Assembly: GCA_031316235.1 (NCBI GenBank) | Contig: JALDRA010000001.1 | Span: 3,600,001-3,632,000, forward strand | DNA: 32,000 nt | Direction of reading: 5' to 3' | Origin: Candidatus Scalindua sp. | Lineage (GTDB): Bacteria; Planctomycetota; Brocadiia; Brocadiales; Scalinduaceae | Part shown: positions 24,936 to 32,000 of the stretch, piece by piece | How the letters are laid out: each line of letters starts with the position of its first letter | Position numbering within the stretch: the first letter of the stretch is position 1 | The notes under the pieces: model-generated | The model's input: only the letters and a program-made list of their open reading frames with translations | What the model was told of the DNA's origin: nothing | Databases searched by the model: none | Translations under genes and position numbers: made by a program

Positions 24936-24964
24936 CTAAAAAGTTGTTGGAGCCTCGAAGAGCA

Positions 24965-25645
24965 ATGAGAATTGATATTTTGACTCTGTTTCCTGGTATG
25001 TTTCATGCTGTTTTTGGTGAAAGCATTTTAAAAATTGCACAAGATAAGAAGCTCGTAAGGCTTTTTCTGCATAACATAAGAGATTATTCGCGTGATAAGC
25101 ATAAGTGTGTAGATGATAAACCATACGGCGGAGGTGGAGGTATGGTAATAAAGCCGGAACCATTGTTCCATGCTGTAGAAACAGTAGAAAAACAAGCTGC
25201 TCAGGCTGCAAAGAAAATCTTATTGACACCTCAGGGGAAAACGTTTGACCAGCAGATTGCGATTGATCTGGCACAAGAAAGCCGATTAATGTTCATTTGC
25301 GGTCACTATGAAGGGTTTGATGAGAGGATCAGGTTGGGAATTGAACTCATGGAGATTTCAATTGGTGATTATGTATTGACCGGTGGAGAAATCCCTGCGA
25401 TGGTCGTGACGGATGCAGTTGTGAGATTAATTCCGGGTGTCCTGGGTGGAAAAAGATCATTGCAATATGAGTCATTTATGAATAAAATGCTGGATTATCC
25501 TCAGTATACAAGGCCCGAAGTATTCAGGGGAATGAAAGTGCCTGAAATACTTAGATCAGGTAACCACAAGTCGATTGAAGAGTGGAGAAAAGATGAATCA
25601 GCAAAAAAAACAGAGGAACGAAGGCCTGATTTATTGGCAAAATAA
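24965..25645 (+). CDS. trmD: tRNA (guanine37-N1)-methyltransferase
   Basis: MRIDILTLFPGMF... and GHYEGFDERI, IGDYVLTGGEIPAMV are TrmD motifs. I prefer ATG 24965 over the ORF-track TTG at 24944. Confidence 0.93.
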   Translation: MRIDILTLFPGMFHAVFGESILKIAQDKKLVRLFLHNIRDYSRDKHKCVDDKPYGGGGGMVIKPEPLFHAVETVEKQAAQAAKKILLTPQGKTFDQQIAIDLAQESRLMFICGHYEGFDERIRLGIELMEISIGDYVLTGGEIPAMVVTDAVVRLIPGVLGGKRSLQYESFMNKMLDYPQYTRPEVFRGMKVPEILRSGNHKSIEEWRKDESAKKTEERRPDLLAK

Positions 25646-25687
25646 GGTATCGCATCAGAAAAATTTTATATATTTAGGAGTTGCTTT

Positions 25688-26044
25688 ATGAACATGATAG
25701 ACGTATTAGAGAAGGAGAACATGAAGAAAGATGTTCCACAGTTTCGGGTTGGAGATCAGGTTGACGTTCATGTTAAGATTGTAGAGGGCGATAAAGAGCG
25801 AATACAGATTTTTAATGGCATAGTTATTGCGAGAAAAGGTGGCGGCAACAGGGAGACATTTACGGTAAGACGAATAGTCCAGGGAGAAGGTGTAGAGAGG
25901 GTTTTTCCCATACATTCACCGCATGTAGTAGATGTGGTCGTGAAAAAGTCTTATAAGGTGAGACGTGCGAAACTGTATTATCTGAGAGAAATAAGCGGTA
26001 AGGCAGCTAGGCTTAAGGAACTTCCCAGAAAAAAGAAAAATTAG
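25688..26044 (+). CDS. rplS: 50S ribosomal protein L19
   Basis: This 118-aa ORF reads ...PQFRVGDQVDVHVKIVEGDKERIQIFNGIVIARKGGG..ETFTVRR... An RBS (AGGAG) lies upstream. Confidence 0.95.
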   Translation: MNMIDVLEKENMKKDVPQFRVGDQVDVHVKIVEGDKERIQIFNGIVIARKGGGNRETFTVRRIVQGEGVERVFPIHSPHVVDVVVKKSYKVRRAKLYYLREISGKAARLKELPRKKKN

Positions 26045-26064
26045 GAAGAATACGGCTAAACAGA

Positions 26065-26177
26065 TATACTAAAACCGATTTGGTTTTCGGCTTTACCGGA
26101 AACCAAATCTTGGTTGCAGTTATACTCGCTCAATTTTGTTTCGGATTTTATCCGAAATCCAGTATGAGGTGAGTATA
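26065..26177 (-). repeat. Structured intergenic repeat, copy 6 (short form, 113 nt, inverted)
   Basis: The reverse complement reads TATACTCACCTCATACTGGATTTCGGATAAAATCCGAAACAAAATTGAGCGAGTATAACTGCAACCAAGATTTGGTTTCCGGTAAAGCCGAAAACCAAATCGGTTTTAGTATA. Confidence 0.9.
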
Positions 26178-26326
26178 AATATTTTTCTTTTGCATATCCA
26201 TTGTAAAAGGATTTCCTGGATTTCAGGGTATGGGTCTCCGTGAAATTATGATTTTCGATTGAGAAAAACAGAGACCTGGTAATACTCTGGTGGGGTTTTT
26301 CCCGGATAAAAAACACCGGGGATCTT

Positions 26327-26821
26327 GTGATTGAGAAAAAGGTAAAGACGATGTTAATTCAGGTTTCTGAAAACCGAAAATCAATCTGCAGGGAGTATAT
26401 TGAGATGTTTTGGCAGGAAAGTATGCTTGGTGATAAGATCGGGCCAAAGGAGCTTTGGATTAAGGGAGAAGGTGTAGCCAGGAAATTTCTAAAGAAACGA
26501 GGCTACAAGATACTAAAAAGAAACTATGTAAGCAAGACGGGCGAGATCGATATTGTAGCATATAATAAGGGGATTATTGCATTTGTAGAAGTGAAGGCCC
26601 GCCTGTCGGAAAGGTATGGCTCACCTGTACTTGCTATAACAAAGGGAAAGAAAAGGAAAATTGTTAAGACTGCCTTGTGCTACCTGCTCGAAAACAAGAT
26701 CGAAAATATCGATTACCGTTTTGATGTAGTTTCAATTTTATTTACAAAAGAAGCGTATAAGCCGATAATTGAGTTTTTTGAGGGCGCATTTACGTCTGAT
26801 GGTCTTTTTGATCATGTTTAA
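26327..26821 (+). CDS. yraN: YraN-family (UPF0102) endonuclease-like protein
   Basis: GEGVARKFLKKRGYKILKRNYVSKTGEIDIVAYNKGIIAFVEVKAR matches the YraN core. The listed start is the maximal GTG ORF. The true start may be the ATG at 26405 or 26423, because family members are usually about 120-130 aa. Confidence 0.8.
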   Translation: MIEKKVKTMLIQVSENRKSICREYIEMFWQESMLGDKIGPKELWIKGEGVARKFLKKRGYKILKRNYVSKTGEIDIVAYNKGIIAFVEVKARLSERYGSPVLAITKGKKRKIVKTALCYLLENKIENIDYRFDVVSILFTKEAYKPIIEFFEGAFTSDGLFDHV

Positions 26822-26889
26822 GAGTGGTTCGTGCAAACTGTTGTATGTATCTCTTTTTTCTTGTATTGAGTAATAAAACGTAGAGCCTT

Positions 26890-26982
26890 ATGAATAAGAA
26901 AAACAAATGGATACTGATCAGTGTAGGTTTTGTTGTGCTGGTAATTCTGCTTTATGTAGCAAAGTTTTTAGAAAAACCATAA
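26890..26982 (+). CDS. Possible 30-aa single-TM small protein
   Basis: The translation is MNKKNKWILISVGFVVLVILLYVAKFLEKP, a basic N-terminus followed by one hydrophobic helix. There is no clear RBS. Confidence 0.2.
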   Translation: MNKKNKWILISVGFVVLVILLYVAKFLEKP

Positions 26983-27565
26983 GATCCAATTGCAGTGTTT
27001 CTGATTAATCGGGAGATTGGGTAGAGAAATAGCAGGTATACCAACAGAGGTTTATCTATAAATCCGACCAGGAGCCTGATTATGTATTTTCTATCTAAAA
27101 TCTGATGATGCAGTAACCATTATCCCCAACGCAAATTCTTCGAAAGAGTGTACCTGTTCGTTCTTCTGAAAAGGCTATTCAGGTTTTACTCGGTTTTCAT
27201 TTTCAACCACCACCCTCAGGTAGTACCGCTTGATGGCTCTCTCAGAGGAAAATACGGTCGTTTGAGAAAGAACGTATGCAGCCTTTATGACCTGCAGAAG
27301 CTTCTTTGCAATGAAATTATCGTTATCTTGTTTTCTTTGACACAACGAAGATGTGGTAAACCATCCTACCAGGTGCTGATTTCCCCGCCCGGACGAATCC
27401 GTTCGGAAGGGAGTGAAAAAAAGCAGGAAATTACCGGTTTATAGTCTAATCCTTTACTTTCTACAAAAAATGAGGTCAGTTGATAGTTTTAATTTCACTT
27501 TGTATCTGTGATCAAAACACCTTTATTACTTGCCGGTAATCTGAAACGTTGGCTAAGTCTGAAAA

Positions 27566-27591
27566 TATACTCATCTCATCAACTGAAGTAT
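27566..27591 (+). repeat. Possible minimal remnant of the structured repeat (both termini, interior lost)
   Basis: Sequence is TATACTCATCTCATcaactgAAGTATga. The first 14 nt are identical to the repeat 5' end, and AAGTAT resembles the copy 4 3' end (TAAGTATA). It overlaps the ATG of the methyltransferase gene. Confidence 0.35.
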
Positions 27592-28348
27592 GAACAGAAG
27601 AAATTATGGAAAGAGACATGTTGTATCATGCTATGCCCACTCTCTCTTGCAAAAACCGGAGACACTTATCCTGGAAAAGTATCAGGAGTACATTCTGGGT
27701 AAATGTGTACTTGACCTTGGATGTGGCGCTGGTAGAACAGCACCACACCTGTATAATTTGAGTAAAAATTATACAGGCATTGATTATTCATTTGAAATGA
27801 TAGAAGTATGCAGAGAGCGGTTCAAAGAGTTGTGCTTTGTTCATGGAGATGTGAGAAACCTGAACATGATAGAGGACGGGAGTAGCGATTTTGTACTGTT
27901 TGCTTACAATGGTCTCGATTCTGTTTCCCACGAGGGAAGGCTGATAGGTCTAAGAGAGATATACAGAGTACTAAGAAAAAATGGATTGTTTGTATTTTCT
28001 TCTCATAACAGAAATCACCGGGATGCGATCTCACGTCCGAGTATTACTTTTACATTACATATATATCCGATGATTAATAATATCATACAGTTTGCACTAT
28101 CTACTTATAATCACACCCGAAACAAGAAAAAGGAGCAATGTAATGAAGAATATTCCATCCTCAATGATCGGGCGCACAATTACTCTATGTTGACCTATTA
28201 TATTGACAGAAAGAATCAGATTTCTCAACTGGCGAAAATTGGATTCGATGTGATCGAGATGTTTGATACTTCCGCAAATGTCTTGGAACATGACAGTGAT
28301 GATGGTGATAGTGCCTGGATTTATTATGTAGCGAGGAAACGGGGATAG
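27590..28348 (+). CDS. Class I SAM-dependent methyltransferase
   Basis: This 252-aa ORF has motif I (VLDLGCGAGRT) and the post-I/II patterns (GIDYS...; FVLFAYNGL). Confidence 0.8.
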   Translation: MNRRNYGKRHVVSCYAHSLLQKPETLILEKYQEYILGKCVLDLGCGAGRTAPHLYNLSKNYTGIDYSFEMIEVCRERFKELCFVHGDVRNLNMIEDGSSDFVLFAYNGLDSVSHEGRLIGLREIYRVLRKNGLFVFSSHNRNHRDAISRPSITFTLHIYPMINNIIQFALSTYNHTRNKKKEQCNEEYSILNDRAHNYSMLTYYIDRKNQISQLAKIGFDVIEMFDTSANVLEHDSDDGDSAWIYYVARKRG

Positions 28349-28416
28349 CAGAAACTTTCAGACAAAGCTTGACAATAAAAAGCGATAGAGGGTATTTTTT
28401 TCTGTATTTTATTTCT

Positions 28417-28620
28417 GTAATAGACCATATTTATCAAGACCCGCATTTTGATGGAGCCAAGTTATACTTACATTATGAGGACCTGAATGATGCCGGGCAA
28501 TTGACGAATTTGGTATATAACACTCGACCGGAAGAGATGTATCATTTAGCTGCACAGTCCCCTGTAAGGGGATGTCTATACTACTTCAACAGTGAGTACC
28601 TGCTGGCTCAAACAAGCGGA
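28417..28620 (+). pseudogene. gmd: Internal fragment of GDP-mannose 4,6-dehydratase
   Basis: VIDHIYQDPHFDGAKLYLHYEDLNDAGQLTNLVYNTRPEEMYHLAAQS aligns with the conserved Gmd block (R)VDHIYQDPH....KFHLHYGDLSD.SNLTR.L....PDEVYNLGAMSHV. The GxxGxxG N-terminus and the whole C-terminal half are missing. Confidence 0.7.
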
Positions 28621-28625
28621 GATAA

Positions 28626-29597
<972 letters not shown>

Positions 29598-30003
29598 AAT
29601 GTATGAAATTAAGAGGCCACTGCAGAGATATAATGGAGAACATCTCACAATATTAATCCAAAACATCTTCTAGATGCTGAATTACCTGTGATCTCTACCG
29701 GCACGATTTCATAAGATAAAATCGATAACCCGATTCTTTGCTTCCTCGTGAACTTTTTTGGTTGTATTTTTGAATATTTCTAATACGATGAATACATACT
29801 AGATCTGGGAATGGTTGTTATGGGAGAAAGGAACCTTAAAACAGAACATTAGTGGGTGTGCGAAAATTATTCATCTAATGCGTTACGGTGAAAAGCCCAT
29901 ACGTATCAAGGATAGTATCAGATTATGGCGTAAGTATGCGCTTTTATCTGGACAGTTTTCATTCAACCACTACTTAACGCTAATCAAGATTTTGGGAGGG
30001 AAA

Positions 30004-30519
30004 ATGAGACTCACGACAATTGTCCTTGCACTGCTGCTTGTTTTTTCAGGAAGCAATACCTGTTTCGCTATTGGGAAAATTGTAGACTATTTTCTTGACA
30101 ACGAAAATGCCTGGGACGTGACAAAAAATATTATTCAGGAGACCCCTGAGAAAATTGTCGTTACCGGAGGAACACAAGGTTTGGGGTTTGACCTTGAAGA
30201 ATTAACGGGCGGTGATGAGGTCTCTTTGGTCTTTTTAAAGCCCGGAAAGTCAGTTACTCTCAACTCTGAGGGGTTTTGGAACGCTGAGGACAAACTTCTG
30301 CCTGGTGAGAACAGGGTGGTGTCCGTTATTACCCGAAATTACGGGGACCGTACAAAGTTCCACTATAAATTTAAATTACAGAGGAACAAAAGTGACGGAG
30401 GTACGATGCTGTATAATAATACAAAACCCATCCTGGAGAGTAAATATGATGGGAGTGGTCCGGTCACGGACTTTGCAGATTTATCAGGAATCAGGATGTG
30501 TGTAATCGAGATCAGGTAG
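30004..30519 (+). CDS. Hypothetical secreted protein
   Basis: An RBS (GGGAGGG) lies directly upstream of ATG 30004. The signal peptide is MRLTTIVLALLLVFSGSNTCFA. The ORF-track start at 29815 adds 63 residues with no signal or RBS support. Confidence 0.65.
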   Translation: MRLTTIVLALLLVFSGSNTCFAIGKIVDYFLDNENAWDVTKNIIQETPEKIVVTGGTQGLGFDLEELTGGDEVSLVFLKPGKSVTLNSEGFWNAEDKLLPGENRVVSVITRNYGDRTKFHYKFKLQRNKSDGGTMLYNNTKPILESKYDGSGPVTDFADLSGIRMCVIEIR

Positions 30520-30611
30520 TTGCTTTTTTGTTTTGTAAACCATCCATGTTAAGAATAGAACGAAGTGAATTAAAGTAATATTTTGATAATTTTCTTGAAA
30601 GGAGTCCAGGT

Positions 30612-30959
30612 ATGACAAGAATTGGATCTGTTATAATTTCTCTCGTGGTTGTTTTTGTATTCATAAATTCTTATGTAGACACCTGTACATATGCTGACAG
30701 TTGCTGTGATACGAGACAAGCCTCTGATACCTCTGCTGAAAGCTGCATGGTTTGCGGAAAAGCGGTTGATAGTAAAGGGGGAAGAGTTGAAGTAGAAGTG
30801 GAAGGTAAGAACGTACCGCTTTGTTGTAAGGGATGTGCAAATGCTTATAAAGAAAACCCTGACAAATACTCTCAGCACGAAAAAAAACAGGAATCTTATA
30901 GAGATACATACCAGAAAGAAGTACCTCAGAAACGACAAAGAGGAGAAGGGTATTATTAA
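30612..30959 (+). CDS. Membrane-anchored TRASH/YHS-like metal-binding domain protein
   Basis: An RBS (AAGGAG) lies upstream and there is an N-terminal TM/signal segment. CMVC-x22-CCKGC fits the TRASH pattern C-x2-C-x19-22-C-x3-C, followed by AYKENPDKY. The C-terminus is charged. Confidence 0.7.
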   Translation: MTRIGSVIISLVVVFVFINSYVDTCTYADSCCDTRQASDTSAESCMVCGKAVDSKGGRVEVEVEGKNVPLCCKGCANAYKENPDKYSQHEKKQESYRDTYQKEVPQKRQRGEGYY

Positions 30960-30989
30960 AGGACGGTAACGTTCAACAGTTTTTTATCC

Positions 30990-31034
30990 AGAGGCATCCT
31001 TGCATGATTTCATCGCAAGAATGCCTCTTTTCAT
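30990..31034 (+). terminator. Intrinsic terminator after the TRASH-domain gene
   Basis: AGAGGCATCCTTGC (30990-31003) pairs with GCAAGAATGCCTCT (31015-31028), giving 14 bp with one mismatch and an 11-nt loop. It is followed by TTTTC. Confidence 0.6.
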
Positions 31035-31557
31035 ATGAAGAGATACACATTTCCGATCATAGTAATTTTTTAATTATTGTTTCTCTGGCAGCTTTATCAA
31101 AATTGTGCCAGCTATCTAAACCAAGAGAAGTTACTGCTGATTCTGACGCTCTACCGTTGGATTCGAGGCGAAAAAGATCTTGAAAAAACGACCTCGACCA
31201 AGCTGTTTTATATTGAAGACACTACCAGAACTAATCCTTTACTGACTGAAAGTAAATTAAGTGTTGAAATATTACGAAAGTACGCTCAAGCATTTGTAAG
31301 GGGCCAGAGCTATATGGAAAGGACCAGAAAGTCATTTATATGTGGACTTTGATTATGTAGTATAGTAATATAAACGATTTATGAATTCCCTCAATTTGGT
31401 CTTCATCTGGCAGTGGATAAGATCAGCAAATTGCACAGAACGACTCCGTCTGGTTCCCGGATAGATGCCGTTCTTTATGATTAAGATGTAATTCAAATCG
31501 TTAAGCTGTTCAACATTAGTACAGATGAGTTTTTTACGACACTATACGGAGATTAAG

Positions 31558-32000
31558 ATGCTGAAAACAATCCTAGTACCGATTGACGGATCAGATACCA
31601 GTCTGGTGGCTGTTGATTATGCAATAGAATTATCGAAGATATTCAATGCTGAGTTGATTGGCGTCTCAATTATTGATGTAAAAAGATTGGCAGGACCATT
31701 TATGAGGGATCTGGGAACAAGCATTGGTGGCATGGTACCATATGCTGATTTCCAGCAGAAAATCCGAAAGATATTGGAAGATATCGCTACAGCTGCTCTA
31801 GACGAGTTCGAAGGCAAATGTAAATCTGCAAATGTATCATTCATTCGTGAAATAAGTGAAGGCATAGTCAGTAAGGAAATCGTGAAAGCTGCTGAAAGAT
31901 GCGACATGATTTCAATGGGGATGGCCGGTGAACATGCCTTGTGGCGTGATGCGCTTTTGGGCTCAAATCTTGAATCTGTTGCCAGGCAGACACATAAACC
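31558..32000 (+). CDS. Universal stress protein (UspA family), 3' end runs off the window
   Basis: It is absent from the ORF track because it is open-ended. An RBS (GGAG) lies upstream. The translation MLKTILVPIDGSDTSLVAVDYAIELSKIFNAELIGVSIID ... ISMGMAGEHALWRDALLGSNLESVARQTHKP is the Usp pattern. Confidence 0.85.
   Translation, partial: MLKTILVPIDGSDTSLVAVDYAIELSKIFNAELIGVSIIDVKRLAGPFMRDLGTSIGGMVPYADFQQKIRKILEDIATAALDEFEGKCKSANVSFIREISEGIVSKEIVKAAERCDMISMGMAGEHALWRDALLGSNLESVARQTHK

Noticed and set aside
24880-24943. An outward-facing promoter created by the repeat 5' terminus (TATACT or TATAAT-like hexamers at the junctions of copies 1, 5 and 6).
   Set aside because: A -10-like hexamer is present at the junctions, but the sequence 16-18 nt upstream (TCCGAA/CCGAAA) is a poor -35. 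The idea is untested and is mentioned only inside the rimM finding.
563-26177. Whether the repeats could be a CRISPR array or its remnants.
   Set aside because: The copies are 112-139 nt long, separated by kilobases of ordinary genes and present in both orientations. No cas genes are nearby.
29815-30003. The long form of the 30004-30519 ORF (start at 29815) and the TTG-initiated ORF 31077-31352.
   Set aside because: The extension places 63 residues before an obvious signal peptide that has its own strong RBS. The ORF at 31077-31352 has a TTG start, no RBS and no recognisable features.

Overview
This is an AT-rich (about 40% GC by eye) bacterial chromosomal segment; I cannot assign a taxon from the sequence alone. 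Most of it is housekeeping: a partial osmoprotectant-type ABC ATPase, hisS, aspS, recG, tRNA-His and tRNA-Arg, murA, ffh-rpsP-trmD-rplS-yraN, fcl, a TPP-dependent 2-keto-acid decarboxylase and a Ppx/GppA phosphatase. Accessory genes include an orphan ParB-like protein, a secreted C2-like protein with an ABC-2 exporter, and a DUF1566 lipoprotein with an isochorismatase-family hydrolase. There are also a CheX-like protein, a TRASH-domain protein, a SAM methyltransferase and a partial UspA. Three gene remnants are visible: an OPT transporter, a Sir2 deacylase and gmd. The strongest unexplained signal is a family of 112/139-nt structured intergenic repeats, with 6 full copies in both orientations and at least 3 stubs. 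They have terminal inverted repeats, two subterminal AAA-triloop hairpins, a modular 27-nt hairpin insertion and compensatory base changes. They sit at operon boundaries and next to gene remnants. Other unexplained items are a ~290-nt GC-rich non-coding island beside copy 1, a ~130-nt imperfect palindrome after aspS, a 1.2-kb gene-poor stretch next to the tRNAs and a 600-nt gene-free stretch upstream of the methyltransferase. I saw no CRISPR array, no transposase or integrase and no recognisable defence gene.
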